The position numbers were made by a program, and so were the translations under genes. From an uncultured Candidatus Saccharibacteria bacterium (lineage in GTDB: Bacteria > Patescibacteriota > Minisyncoccia > Phycocordibacterales > UBA9973): a DNA stretch of 64,000 bases. Location: contig CAYRQJ010000002.1 of assembly GCA_964426555.1 (NCBI GenBank), positions 29,556 through 93,555 of the forward strand, read 5' to 3'. A model generated the notes under the pieces. It was not told the DNA's origin and ran no database searches. It saw nothing but the letters and a program-made list of their open reading frames with translations. Positions 9,312-19,999 of the stretch are shown piece after piece (positions within the stretch are counted from its first letter, which is position 1; each line of letters opens with the position of its first letter).

Positions 9312-9412
9312 ATTGTTTATAAATATGCGGTATTTACCGCGTATTATTTTTTGCCCCTATGGAGAAGCTTAGCTTCCAATAGAGCCAGCCTTATTAAGTA
9401 AAATTAGACAAA

Positions 9413-11215
9413 ATGGAAATCAGAAATATTGCTATTATTGCCCACGTTGACCATGGAAAAACTACATTAACTGACAAGTTGATGGCTTTTTGTGGTAGTG
9501 GAGACGCTACATCTACAATGGATACTAATGATCTTGAAAAAGAACGTGGTATTACAATTTACTCTAAAAATACTTCGGTTAACTGGAAAGGTACAAAAAT
9601 AAACATTGTTGATACTCCGGGTCACGCGGACTTTGGTAGTGAAGTTGAACGAGTACTTCGTTCTATTGATTCTGTATTACTACTTGTGGATGCTCAAGAA
9701 GGGCCAATGCCTCAAACAAGATTTGTATTAAAAAAATCTCTAGAACTTGGTTTAAAACCAATCGTCGTATTAAACAAAATCGACAAACCAGCAGCTAACC
9801 CATCTCGCGCTCATGATGAAATTTTAGAACTATTTATTGAACTTGGTGCAGACCATGATCAATTAGATTTTCCAATGATTTATGCTATTGGTCGTGAAGG
9901 TGTTGCAATGAAAGAACTAAATGACGAAAGAAAAGACCTATCACCACTGTTAGATATGATTTTGGAACATGTACCAAATGCTGTAAAAGACGAAGATAAA
10001 CCATTACAAGCTCAAGTATTTTCTCTTGCTTATGATAATTTCTTGGGTCGTCTTGGAATCGTCCGCGTTTACGCAGGTGATTTAAAAGATGCTAGTACTA
10101 TTATGATTCACACAGCAGATGGGACTATCCGTGAAGGTAAAATTACAAAACTATTTCAATTCGAAGGAGTTAGCCGTGTTTCTACAAATGAATTAACTGC
10201 TGGAAATATTGGAGTAGTAGCTGGAATACCAAATATTACTATCAGTGAGACTATTATTGATAATAAAGATACTCCAAAAGTTGGTGAAATCACAATTGAT
10301 GAACCAACTATATCACTACGATTTCTAGTTAACGATTCACCATTTGCAGGACGCGAAGGTAAATACGTTACAAGTAGACAAATTCGTGAAAGATTAGAAA
10401 GAGAATTAGAAGTAAACGTGGGACTACGTGTAGAATTCCCAGAAGATGGAACAGCTTTAGTTTACGGACGTGGAGAACTACACGTTGCTGTATTAATTGA
10501 ACAAATGCGCCGTGAAGGTTTTGAAGTTCAAGTTTCAAACCCACAAGTTATCGTTAAAAAAATTGATGGTATTAAATATGAACCGTTTGAAGAAGTAACT
10601 ATCGATGTGCCTACTGAATATTCTGGTGCAGTTTTAGAAAAACTTACTCGTCGTCGTGGTCTTATTACAAATATGAATGAACGTGAAGGAATAACAAGAA
10701 TTACTTTGGATATTCCAACTCGTGGACTGTTGGGTTATCGTAACCAATTTGTTATTGATACAAAAGGTCTTGGGATTTTAGCTTCAAGATTTACAGACTT
10801 TAAAGAATACGCTGGTGAAATAAACCAACACGATGTGGGTTCAATGACTTCAATGATGACTGGTAAAGCTGTTTCTTTTGCATTATGGAATCTTGAAGAA
10901 CGCGGAACATTGTATATTGGACACGGTACAGAAGTGTACGAAGGTATGATAATTGGTAGTACAATGAAAGGAGATGAATTAGCTGTAAACCCAATCAAAG
11001 GTAAACAACTTACAAATATGCGTGCTTCTGGAACAGATGAAGCCGTAACATTGAAACCTCCTTATACTCTATCAATTGAACGAGGTTTAGAAATGATGAA
11101 AGATGATGAATATTTAGAAATCACACCACTGTCAGTAAGACTACGTAAGAAATATTTAACTGAACAAGAAAGATCTAAGAACAAAAGACAAACAATTGAC
11201 GCAGACAACAAGTAG
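9413..11215 (+). CDS. typA: Translational GTPase TypA/BipA
   Basis: IRNIAIIAHVDHGKTTLTDKLM, DTPGHADFGSEVER, NKIDKP. 600 aa with EF-G-like domains. Confidence 0.9.
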   Translation: MEIRNIAIIAHVDHGKTTLTDKLMAFCGSGDATSTMDTNDLEKERGITIYSKNTSVNWKGTKINIVDTPGHADFGSEVERVLRSIDSVLLLVDAQEGPMPQTRFVLKKSLELGLKPIVVLNKIDKPAANPSRAHDEILELFIELGADHDQLDFPMIYAIGREGVAMKELNDERKDLSPLLDMILEHVPNAVKDEDKPLQAQVFSLAYDNFLGRLGIVRVYAGDLKDASTIMIHTADGTIREGKITKLFQFEGVSRVSTNELTAGNIGVVAGIPNITISETIIDNKDTPKVGEITIDEPTISLRFLVNDSPFAGREGKYVTSRQIRERLERELEVNVGLRVEFPEDGTALVYGRGELHVAVLIEQMRREGFEVQVSNPQVIVKKIDGIKYEPFEEVTIDVPTEYSGAVLEKLTRRRGLITNMNEREGITRITLDIPTRGLLGYRNQFVIDTKGLGILASRFTDFKEYAGEINQHDVGSMTSMMTGKAVSFALWNLEERGTLYIGHGTEVYEGMIIGSTMKGDELAVNPIKGKQLTNMRASGTDEAVTLKPPYTLSIERGLEMMKDDEYLEITPLSVRLRKKYLTEQERSKNKRQTIDADNK

Positions 11216-11242
11216 TTATTAACACACTTGTCAAGAGTCAAT

Positions 11243-11271
11243 TTGACTTTTTGTAAAGTTTACCATATAAT
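11243..11271 (+). promoter_or_regulatory. Consensus sigma70 promoter TTGACT-N17-TATAAT upstream of 11306 ORF
   Basis: -35 at 11243-11248, 17-nt spacer, -10 at 11266-11271. ATG lies 35 nt downstream. Confidence 0.5.
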
Positions 11272-11305
11272 AGTTATATAATTTTATTATTTAGATTTAA
11301 TACAA

Positions 11306-12364
11306 ATGCCTACATTAAAAGAAAAACCTTCAAAAGGACAAAAATTGTCTTTTAAACCCAAACAGGTTACTAAAAAATTAATTGGACATCTACAAGACAG
11401 ATCAAGTGACGTTATCGTTAGTAGATTTGGTCTAGGAACTGATTTAGAACACAAAACTCTTGAAGCTATTGGTGAAAAATATGGTATAACTCGCGAACGT
11501 GTAAGACAAATCGAGCATGCAGCGCTTACCGCTATTCGTAAACATTCTTCATTTAAAGAAGAAAATCAAATTTTTGCTGAAATTAAAGTCTTAATGAAAG
11601 AGTTGGGATCAATGGTTGAAGAAGAAGAATTACTAACACATGTATCAAGTGATAAATCTACACAAAATCATATTCATTTCTATTTAGTTTTAGGTGATGA
11701 ATTTAAAAAAATAAAAGAAGATGAACATTTTAAAACAAGATGGCACATTGACGAAGAATTAGCTGGTCAAGTTCATGAAGCTTTGCATGATTTGTATAAA
11801 TCATTAAATGATGGCGAACTTGTGGCTGAAGGAGAATTCATTACATCTTTTATTGAAAGTTGCCGAAGTATTAATAAAGATATTTTATCTGAGGAAATTG
11901 CTAAAAGATATTTACGTACATCAAAAAAGATAGCAAAAAATCCATTAGGAGAATGGGGAAGAGCCGGAACTGCAGGAGTAAAAACTCGCGGGATTAAAGA
12001 TTATGCATATTTAATGATGCGTAAACATGGTTCACCAATGCATTTTCGTGAAGTAGCTAAAGCTATCAGCGAAACATTTGGTAAAAAAACTCACATTGCA
12101 ACATGTCACAATGAATTAATTAAAGACAATCGTTTTATTTTAGTTGGCCGTGGTATATATGCACTGAAAGAATGGGGTTATAAACCAGGAATTGTTCGCG
12201 AAGTAATTAAAGATATCATAAAAAAATATGGTCCAATGACAAAAGAAGATATAGTTGACCATGTAATGAAAGAAAGATATTTAAAGAAAAACACAATACT
12301 TGTTAATCTGCAAAATGCAAAATATTTTAAAAAAGATAAAAGTAATTTATTCACACTTGCATAA
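11306..12364 (+). CDS. Sigma-70 region-4 (HTH) domain protein with approximately 250-aa uncharacterised C-terminal extension
   Basis: VSRFGLGTDLEHKTLEAIGEKYGITRERVRQIEHAALTAIRK matches the sigma70 region 4 consensus. No regions 2 or 3. Confidence 0.55.
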   Translation: MPTLKEKPSKGQKLSFKPKQVTKKLIGHLQDRSSDVIVSRFGLGTDLEHKTLEAIGEKYGITRERVRQIEHAALTAIRKHSSFKEENQIFAEIKVLMKELGSMVEEEELLTHVSSDKSTQNHIHFYLVLGDEFKKIKEDEHFKTRWHIDEELAGQVHEALHDLYKSLNDGELVAEGEFITSFIESCRSINKDILSEEIAKRYLRTSKKIAKNPLGEWGRAGTAGVKTRGIKDYAYLMMRKHGSPMHFREVAKAISETFGKKTHIATCHNELIKDNRFILVGRGIYALKEWGYKPGIVREVIKDIIKKYGPMTKEDIVDHVMKERYLKKNTILVNLQNAKYFKKDKSNLFTLA

Positions 12365-12367
12365 CAT

Positions 12368-12398
12368 AAAACCCTCTTTAGTTTAAAGAGGGTTTTAT
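12368..12398 (+). terminator. Intrinsic terminator
   Basis: aaaccctcttta-gtt-taaagagggtttt. Confidence 0.6.
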
Positions 12399-12413
12399 GT
12401 TATAATAATATAT

Positions 12414-12962
12414 ATGTCATCAGGTCATGGAGAAAGTAAAAGTTCAGGAATATTATTGTTAATAATAGGGATTCTTTTAATAGGAGCTTTAATTGGAATA
12501 TTTTTTCCAAGTGGTTTTAAAAAGAAAACAGCTTATACTCCAGCTATTGATAAAATGGGGTTAGTTTTAGGGCAAGAAACACTACCTACCGACCAAAGAG
12601 AGACCGATGCTTATTATACAAAAGCAAATATAGATAAAAATATTTGTGGTATAAAGATTTTTTCACCATTACCTGGACAAAAAGTCAGTTTTCCAATTGA
12701 AGTTTCTGGTTATGTAAATGGCTGTAATTGGGTACCTTTTGAGGGGCAAGTTGGAACTTTGGAAATTAGAGATAAAAATAAAGCACTATCAAGATTAATA
12801 ATTCTTCCTGTTGATGGAGATAATTATACTTTACCAGCATATTTTAAAATTAAAGTAACTCCAGAATTTAATATTGAATCAAACGATGGTGTATTTATTT
12901 TCCACAACGAAGACCCAACTGGTGAAAAACCAGAGACCTTCCAAGTGCCTGTAATTTATTAA
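12414..12962 (+). CDS. Hypothetical membrane-anchored protein (possible Ig-like/Gmad2-like domain)
   Basis: N-terminal TM helix, then a beta-rich domain (KVSFPIEVSGYVNGCNWVPFEGQVGTLEIRD). Confidence 0.35.
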   Translation: MSSGHGESKSSGILLLIIGILLIGALIGIFFPSGFKKKTAYTPAIDKMGLVLGQETLPTDQRETDAYYTKANIDKNICGIKIFSPLPGQKVSFPIEVSGYVNGCNWVPFEGQVGTLEIRDKNKALSRLIILPVDGDNYTLPAYFKIKVTPEFNIESNDGVFIFHNEDPTGEKPETFQVPVIY

Positions 12963-12963
12963 T

Positions 12964-14223
12964 ATGATAGAAGTACAATTAGTAAATATTTTATACGGAA
13001 TACTAAAAGTACTTTTAGTATTATTACCTATTCCTTTGGCTTATGTTGCTTATCATATGTGGCATCACTATGTTAGCGAAGCTTTTGTTGCTGGAATTCA
13101 GTGGCAACTTTTAGAAGTTATAATTCCTCAGCAAATCAATAAAACACCATTAGCAATGGAGACCATATTAGCTAATGCAATGTATCACAAATCCCAAAAA
13201 GGTCTTTGGGAAGAATATTGGCAAGGTGCTGTACCTTTTTTCTTTTCATTAGAATTAGTATCAATAGAAGGTAAGATCCATTTTTATATAAATACTCCAT
13301 CACGAGTAGTCCCTCTGATCAAATCACAAATTTATGCACAATATCCGCAATCTAAAGTTTTAGAAGTGGAAGATTATGTATGGTCAGTTCCAAGAATTGG
13401 TAAAAAAACTGGCTGGAGTATGTGGGGTTGTGAATGGGCACTAGAAAAACCTGACCCATTTCCAATTCGTACATATGTAGAATATGGTTTAGATAAAGTA
13501 GTAAAAGACCCGTCAGAGCAAGTTGACCCACTTGTTTCTCTTATTGAATTTATGTCAACAATTGGTCCAGGTGAGCAAATTTGGACTCAATTGATAATTC
13601 GCTGGAATAAAAAAATATATTCTGATGGAAGAGATTTTCCTGGTGAGTGTGATTTTGAATTAAATAAATTAGTTGACCCTTATACAAAAAAAACATTTGA
13701 TGATATTACTGGTGAATTAAAATCTATGGAAGTAAGACCGCCGGATTATTTAAAAGACGAAGTTATGAGTATTTCAGACAAACAACATAAACTTTTGTTT
13801 GAATGTGGCATGCGTACTATCTATTTAGCAAAGACAGATATTTTTGATCAACAAAAACGTAGAGCACTTCGTATGATGTATCGTCAATATAACAGTGCAA
13901 ATTTTAATTCTATAAAGAGAATAAATGCAACACAGTATGATTCACCTTGGGAAGATCCTTTTGATATTGTTTTAACAGTTAGAAAAAATAGAATGCTTGA
14001 CTGGTATCGTTTCCGTACTTTTTTTCATCCACCATGGCAATACTCTTTTAAATATCCATTCCCATTAAATTTATTTATTGTTACAGATCCACCAACATCA
14101 TTTGTTTTAAACACAGAAGAAATAGCAACTCTTTATCATTTCCCAGCTGCATTTACTTCCACTCCGTCACTAAAACGTGTTGAAACAAAGACTAGTAAAG
14201 CTCCTACTGATTTACCTATATAA
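12964..14223 (+). CDS. Hypothetical protein with N-terminal TM anchor
   Basis: Long intact ORF, no recognised motif. Confidence 0.4.
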   Translation: MIEVQLVNILYGILKVLLVLLPIPLAYVAYHMWHHYVSEAFVAGIQWQLLEVIIPQQINKTPLAMETILANAMYHKSQKGLWEEYWQGAVPFFFSLELVSIEGKIHFYINTPSRVVPLIKSQIYAQYPQSKVLEVEDYVWSVPRIGKKTGWSMWGCEWALEKPDPFPIRTYVEYGLDKVVKDPSEQVDPLVSLIEFMSTIGPGEQIWTQLIIRWNKKIYSDGRDFPGECDFELNKLVDPYTKKTFDDITGELKSMEVRPPDYLKDEVMSISDKQHKLLFECGMRTIYLAKTDIFDQQKRRALRMMYRQYNSANFNSIKRINATQYDSPWEDPFDIVLTVRKNRMLDWYRFRTFFHPPWQYSFKYPFPLNLFIVTDPPTSFVLNTEEIATLYHFPAAFTSTPSLKRVETKTSKAPTDLPI

Positions 14224-14225
14224 TT

Positions 14226-15164
14226 ATGCGATTTTCTTACTTTATATTTATTGTTTTTTGTGTATTTGGTATTTATTTAATTTACTCATTCTTTACTCCA
14301 GTAAATTTAGGAGAAAATAATTTAGTAATTGAACTACCATATGGTACTTCAATTACTAAATCTTCTCAAATACTTGAAGATTCAGGAGTTATTCGGTCAA
14401 ATGAAGCTTATTTAATTCTTTCTAAGATAATTCATCCAACAGGTGTAGTTGCTGGGAGATATTCTTTTTCTGGAAAAGTTAGCATCTTTTCAGTTTTGTA
14501 TAATACATCCCACGGGCTATTTGGGCGAGAACAAACAAAATTAACAATTCCAGAAGGTTTTACTGTAAACCAAATAATAAAAAGGATTGAAAATTTGTTC
14601 CCTAATATTGACAAGCAAATTCTTGCTCAAAATTTAAACTCAAAAGAAGGTTATATTTTCCCAGAAACATATTTTTTTGATAAAGATGTTACTGCTGAAT
14701 ATTTAACTAACTATTTAATTACCGAAAGTGATAAAAAATTACAAAAAATACTTGGAACAAAAGATACGACCACGACTGCGGTTAAAAATAAAATAATTAT
14801 AGCTTCTCTTTTAGAATCCGAAGGGCGTACAAAAGAAGAACGCCACATGATAGCTGGAATAATTAATAACAGAATTGTAAAAGACATGCCGCTGCAATTA
14901 GATGCTACGATTACTTATCTTACAGGGAGAGATTCTAGTGAAATAACACTAAAAGATTTAAAAATAAATTCCCCATATAATACTTATTTATACAAAGGTC
15001 TCCCAGAAGGCCCAATATCTAACCCGGGAGAAGAATCTTTATTTGCAGCAATGAATCCAACGACTAATAGCTTTTTGTATTATTTGCATGCTCCAGATGG
15101 GGAAATATATTACGCAAAAACATACACAGAGCATTTAAAGAATAAAAATAAATATTTAAAATAA
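14226..15164 (+). CDS. mltG: Endolytic murein transglycosylase MltG (YceG family)
   Basis: ASLLESEGRTKEERHMIAGIINNRI, LQLDATITY, NTYLYKGLPEGPISNPG. Confidence 0.8.
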   Translation: MRFSYFIFIVFCVFGIYLIYSFFTPVNLGENNLVIELPYGTSITKSSQILEDSGVIRSNEAYLILSKIIHPTGVVAGRYSFSGKVSIFSVLYNTSHGLFGREQTKLTIPEGFTVNQIIKRIENLFPNIDKQILAQNLNSKEGYIFPETYFFDKDVTAEYLTNYLITESDKKLQKILGTKDTTTTAVKNKIIIASLLESEGRTKEERHMIAGIINNRIVKDMPLQLDATITYLTGRDSSEITLKDLKINSPYNTYLYKGLPEGPISNPGEESLFAAMNPTTNSFLYYLHAPDGEIYYAKTYTEHLKNKNKYLK

Positions 15165-15165
15165 T

Positions 15166-16023
15166 ATGTACATAACTCCAAAAGACAAAAATTATGAACT
15201 TATAGATTCCGGTGATGGAATGAAACTGGAGAGATTTGGTGATATTACGCTACTTCGTCCTGAGCCAGAAGCATTGTGGACTCCATTGCAAAAAAATCTT
15301 TGGGATAATGCTGACTATACTTATAACAGAATAGGTGCTTCAAAATGGCAAAAAGCTAAGAATATTCCTGAATCTTGGGAAATAAATTATGGTGGAATTA
15401 ATCTAGGTATTAAACCAACTGCGTTTAAGCATACTGGTTTATTTCCCGAACAACTTTCAAACTGGGAATATTTTAAAAAGACTACGAATGGTAAGAAAAA
15501 TTTAAAGGTATTAAATTTGTTTGGCTATACTGGCGCATTTAGTGTGTATGCATTAAGTTTGGGTCATAATGTTACCCATGTAGATTCATCTCAAGGTGTA
15601 AATAATTGGCTACTAGATAATGTACGATCCAATAATTTAGATAAAAATAAAATAAAAATTATTACAGATGATGTTGTAACTTTTGTAAAAAGATTAATAA
15701 AGCGTGGAGAAAAATTTGATGTAGTTGTAATGGATCCTCCGGCATTTGGCCATGGTACAAAAGCAAGCGAATTATGGAAGATCGAAGAAGATTTGCCAAG
15801 TTTAATAAACATGATAGGTATGATACTGGAAGACAAACCAACTTGTGTAATACTTTCTGGCTATGCAGCAGGGTACAGTGCTGAGACTTATAAAAATTTA
15901 TTACAACCAATTCAAAATTTTTATGGTGGCAAAATAGAATCTGACGTAATGACTATAGAAGAAAGTGGCTCAAAAAGAATGCTAACAGTCGGCATCGCTG
16001 CCCGGTGGAATGCATCCGCCTAA
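15166..16023 (+). CDS. RlmI-like class I SAM-dependent rRNA methyltransferase (catalytic domain only)
   Basis: LNLFGYTGAFSVYAL and GEKFDVVVMDPPAFG match the RlmI (YccW) signatures. No N-terminal PUA domain. Confidence 0.6.
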   Translation: MYITPKDKNYELIDSGDGMKLERFGDITLLRPEPEALWTPLQKNLWDNADYTYNRIGASKWQKAKNIPESWEINYGGINLGIKPTAFKHTGLFPEQLSNWEYFKKTTNGKKNLKVLNLFGYTGAFSVYALSLGHNVTHVDSSQGVNNWLLDNVRSNNLDKNKIKIITDDVVTFVKRLIKRGEKFDVVVMDPPAFGHGTKASELWKIEEDLPSLINMIGMILEDKPTCVILSGYAAGYSAETYKNLLQPIQNFYGGKIESDVMTIEESGSKRMLTVGIAARWNASA

Positions 16024-16060
16024 ACTTTCCATAATTTCTAATTTAGTGTATTAATAATAT

Positions 16061-17134
16061 ATGTTTAGAAAGTTTTGGCGGATAAATAAAAACAAAAATG
16101 CAAAAGTATATGTTGGTCTATCTGGCGGGGTAGACTCAGCTGTTTCGGCTGCATTATTGAAGAAGCAAGGTTACAATGTTACAGCTTGTTTTATAAAAAC
16201 TTGGGCACCAGATGGATACCCGTGTCCATATGAAGAAGACAAATTTGCATCAATGACTGTAGCTGCGCATTTAGGTATTCCATGGATAGAATTTGACGCT
16301 ACTGATTCTTATAAAAAAAATGTAGCTGACTATATAATAAATGGTTACAAATCTGGGATTACTCCAAATCCTGATGTATTTTGTAATAAAACAGTTAAAT
16401 TTGGTGTATTTTTTGACTGGGCAATAGCAAATGGGGCAGATTATGTAGCAACAGGGCATTATGCACAAATCGATAGGATAAATTATGAGATAAAATTTAT
16501 AGAAGGTGTAGACCCATCTAAAGATCAAACATATTTTTTATGGAGCGTAAGTTACGAAAAACTTAAAAAAACAATGTTTCCAATTGGTAGTTACCCTAAA
16601 ACCAAAGTACGTGAGTTGGCTAAAAAATTTAAATTACCAAACATGAATAGACCAGATTCTCAAGGGGTATGTTTTTTAGGTGAAATAGACATGAAAAAGT
16701 TTTTAAAAGAAAATTTAAACTTACAAACTGGAAATGTAATAAATACCAGTGGTGAAATAATTGGAACTCATGATGGCGTAGAAATTTATACTATTGGAGA
16801 AAGACACGGTTTTGTTGTGTTTAAAAATAATGACAAACCATATTATGTGATTAATAAAAATATTGAAAATAATGAATTAATTGTCGACACAACTCCTGCT
16901 TTAAAAAATTCTAATGATTTTATAATTACAGAAGAGAATTGGCTACCATTGAAACCAAAAGAAAATCAAATAATAGATGTGGTATTTAGATATCATGGGC
17001 AAAAATATAAATGTAAAATTTCTGAAAATAATATCCAAATAATTGGAGAAAAACCTATTGTAGCAATAGGTCAATCTGCTGTATTTTATATGGGTAATAT
17101 TTGCTTGGGTGGTGGAATTATAAATTTTAAATAA
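16061..17134 (+). CDS. mnmA: tRNA-specific 2-thiouridylase MnmA
   Basis: KVYVGLSGGVDSAVSAALL (PP-loop), CNKTVKFG, YATGHYA. Confidence 0.9.
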   Translation: MFRKFWRINKNKNAKVYVGLSGGVDSAVSAALLKKQGYNVTACFIKTWAPDGYPCPYEEDKFASMTVAAHLGIPWIEFDATDSYKKNVADYIINGYKSGITPNPDVFCNKTVKFGVFFDWAIANGADYVATGHYAQIDRINYEIKFIEGVDPSKDQTYFLWSVSYEKLKKTMFPIGSYPKTKVRELAKKFKLPNMNRPDSQGVCFLGEIDMKKFLKENLNLQTGNVINTSGEIIGTHDGVEIYTIGERHGFVVFKNNDKPYYVINKNIENNELIVDTTPALKNSNDFIITEENWLPLKPKENQIIDVVFRYHGQKYKCKISENNIQIIGEKPIVAIGQSAVFYMGNICLGGGIINFK

Positions 17135-17159
17135 ACAACATTTGTGTTATAATACACAA

Positions 17160-18911
17160 ATGTTAACTTCCCAAGAAATACAAAATCGATTCCTAAATTT
17201 TTTCAAAGAACGTGGCCATGCTGTTATTCCTTCAGCATCTTTAGTTCCAGAAAATGATCCATCCGTACTATTTAATACTGCCGGAATGCAACCATTAGTA
17301 CCTTATTTATTAGGGGAACCTCATCCGATGGGTAAAAGATTAGTCAATGCTCAAAAATGTGTCCGAACACAAGACATAGATGAAGTTGGGGATAATACTC
17401 ATGACACATTTTTTACAATGTTGGGTAACTGGTCATTAGGGGACTATTTTAAAGAAGATGCTATTAAATGGAGTTACGAATTTCTTACAAACAAAGAAAT
17501 TGGACTTGGTTTAGACATTGAAAGACTATATGTAACTATTTTTGAAGGTAACGATGATGCTCCAAAAGATACAGAATCTAAAGATATTTGGATATCGCTT
17601 GGAATTAAACCAGAACGGATTTACGAACTTGGCGCAAAAGATAACTGGTGGAGCCCAGGAGATAATGGTCCTTGTGGCCCAGACTCTGAAATGTTCTACG
17701 ACTTAACAGAAGATGGATTAGGTGATTTATCTAAAGAAGATTTCATAGCGGCATGTGACCGCCAAGACATTATGGAAATATGGAACGATGTTTTTATGGA
17801 ATATGAAAAGAAGGATGGAAAAGTTGTTGGTAAACTTGCTATGCAAAATGTAGACACAGGAGCAGGTCTGGAAAGAGTAGCTGTAGTTGTACAAAACAAA
17901 AAATCTATATTTGAAACTGATTTGTTTAGTGAAATCATGACTGAAATAAACAAACATAAAAATATTGAAAATACAAAAAGTGAACGTATTATTGCTGACC
18001 ATGTTCGTACAGCAGTATTTATGATTGCTGACGGGGTTATTCCTACTAATAGTGACCGTGGATATATTTTACGAAGACTTGTTCGTAGAGCAATAAGACA
18101 CATTGATAAAATTGAATCAAAACAAGATGCCATATTAAACATTACAAAAGTTGTAATTCAAAACTATGATTATATTTTAAAAGATTCACCCGTAAAAAAT
18201 AATGAGATAATTGATATTCTTAAAAAAGAAGAAGACAAATTTAGAATTACATTATCAAATGGTATGAAGGAATTTATACGCGGAGAAGATCCATTTGTTT
18301 TGTTTACAACATATGGTTTTCCTATTGAGCTAACTATTGAATTAGCTGAAGAATCTGGTAGAACAATAGACATTGATGCATTCAACACAAAAATGTTGCA
18401 TCATCAGGAATTGTCTCGTAGTGGTTCAGAACAAAAATTCAAAGGTGGTCTTGCTAATACTAACGAGCAAACAGTGCGTTTACATACTGCGCATCATTTA
18501 CTGTTAGCTGCATTACAAGAAATTGTTAGTCCTGAAATTAAACAGCGTGGTTCAAACATTACAGAAGAAAGAATGCGTATGGATTTTAACTTTGATCGTA
18601 AATTAACTCCAGAAGAATTACAAAAAGTTGAAAATCGTGTAAACGAAGAAATTCAAATGGGCTTAAATGTTAATCGCAAAGAAATGAAAAAAGAAGAGGC
18701 TATTTCCATTGGGGCTCAAATGGAATTTGGGGCAAAGTATCCAGATATTGTTTCAGTTTATGTTGTAGAAGATAATAATGGTGTTGCTTATAGTAAAGAA
18801 TTTTGTGGAGGGCCACATGTAGAAAATACAAAAGATTTGGGAATATTTAAAATTAAAAAAGAAGAAAGCGTTGCCAGTGGTATCAGGCGGATAAAAGCTG
18901 TGTTAGAATAA
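17160..18911 (+). CDS. alaS: Alanine--tRNA ligase, compact form without C-terminal C-Ala (DHHA1) domain
   Basis: FLNFFKERGHAVIPSASLVPENDPSVLFNTAGMQP (class II catalytic core). Editing-domain HxxxH (HTAHHLL) and CGGPHV zinc motifs. Ends right after the editing domain. Confidence 0.85.
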   Translation: MLTSQEIQNRFLNFFKERGHAVIPSASLVPENDPSVLFNTAGMQPLVPYLLGEPHPMGKRLVNAQKCVRTQDIDEVGDNTHDTFFTMLGNWSLGDYFKEDAIKWSYEFLTNKEIGLGLDIERLYVTIFEGNDDAPKDTESKDIWISLGIKPERIYELGAKDNWWSPGDNGPCGPDSEMFYDLTEDGLGDLSKEDFIAACDRQDIMEIWNDVFMEYEKKDGKVVGKLAMQNVDTGAGLERVAVVVQNKKSIFETDLFSEIMTEINKHKNIENTKSERIIADHVRTAVFMIADGVIPTNSDRGYILRRLVRRAIRHIDKIESKQDAILNITKVVIQNYDYILKDSPVKNNEIIDILKKEEDKFRITLSNGMKEFIRGEDPFVLFTTYGFPIELTIELAEESGRTIDIDAFNTKMLHHQELSRSGSEQKFKGGLANTNEQTVRLHTAHHLLLAALQEIVSPEIKQRGSNITEERMRMDFNFDRKLTPEELQKVENRVNEEIQMGLNVNRKEMKKEEAISIGAQMEFGAKYPDIVSVYVVEDNNGVAYSKEFCGGPHVENTKDLGIFKIKKEESVASGIRRIKAVLE

Positions 18912-18915
18912 GAGT

Positions 18916-19998
18916 ATGTTTTTTAAAAGAAATAAAAATCCTGATGAGCAAAATAACTTATACATCTCTATAGATGGACGCAGTATTGGTATTTCTTTTT
19001 ATACAGGTTTTATTTGTGATTATTCAGATAGAAGAATTCATATCGCAGGGGAATCAGTTAGACCAATCGAAGCTTTGTTTACTGATATTTTATATGGATT
19101 TAAACATGAAAATAAAAAACCAATAGATAATATTTATGTCATTTTAGAAAATCCTTGGGTAAAAGAAGTTTATACTACAATTAAAGATAAACGACTAAAA
19201 CCATTCGTAGTTACAGAGTCAACAATTAGTGATTTAATAAACAAAGATATAAAAAATAACCAGAATGACAATAAAAATGTCGGTCTTTCTTATGCAGTTG
19301 AACATATTAAGCTTAATGGTTATTCTTACGATGAACCTGTTGGAAAAATATCAGAAGAAATTGAAATCTCTTTAACTAAATTTTATGGGGATAAAGAGAT
19401 TATAGATACTACACAAAAAATTGTTAATGATTTTTGGAATAAAACAAAGATTAGTTATGTAACTGGTCCAGAGTATTTATTTAAGATTGGAAAAAATCTT
19501 TGTGCATTAAACGATATGTTTATAATGCTTGGTTCAACTGACACAACTATTCGGCTATATTCACAATGTATTGTTACTGAAAAAATTATAATCCCATATG
19601 GATACCAAAATTTACTACAAAAATTAAATCAAAAATGGAGTACAGCTTCAACTGATACTGCAAATTGGTTAAATTTATTTTTAAAAAATTCTTTAGATGA
19701 AAAAGAGAAAAATAGAATAGAGTCTGATTTAAAAGAAGCAATTCTTGATTATATTGATTTATTTAACAAAGCTAACTATCAAAAAACATCGTTTATTCTA
19801 GAAAGACCAATTACTGTTTTTGGGGCAGATGATAATTGGAATAAGCTTTTAATTTATATGTTAAAAAATAAATATTTTGGTGAAATTTTCCCACATATTG
19901 AAAATTCAAATATAGTCAATATAACTGATAAAATTAGAGATTTAAAAGGCGATCTTTTAATTGGTGTTTATTTTAGAATGAATACTTTACTTAAATAA
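18916..19998 (+). CDS. Hypothetical protein
   Basis: Intact 360-aa ORF, no recognised motif. Confidence 0.35.
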   Translation: MFFKRNKNPDEQNNLYISIDGRSIGISFYTGFICDYSDRRIHIAGESVRPIEALFTDILYGFKHENKKPIDNIYVILENPWVKEVYTTIKDKRLKPFVVTESTISDLINKDIKNNQNDNKNVGLSYAVEHIKLNGYSYDEPVGKISEEIEISLTKFYGDKEIIDTTQKIVNDFWNKTKISYVTGPEYLFKIGKNLCALNDMFIMLGSTDTTIRLYSQCIVTEKIIIPYGYQNLLQKLNQKWSTASTDTANWLNLFLKNSLDEKEKNRIESDLKEAILDYIDLFNKANYQKTSFILERPITVFGADDNWNKLLIYMLKNKYFGEIFPHIENSNIVNITDKIRDLKGDLLIGVYFRMNTLLK

Positions 19999-19999
19999 T

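Noticed and set aside
9330-9400. Possible structured RNA or attenuator in the typA leader (gcggtatttaccgc followed by a T-tract)
   Set aside because: The stem is only 5 bp and the T-tract is interrupted. It is too weak to call. Mentioned only in the promoter evidence.
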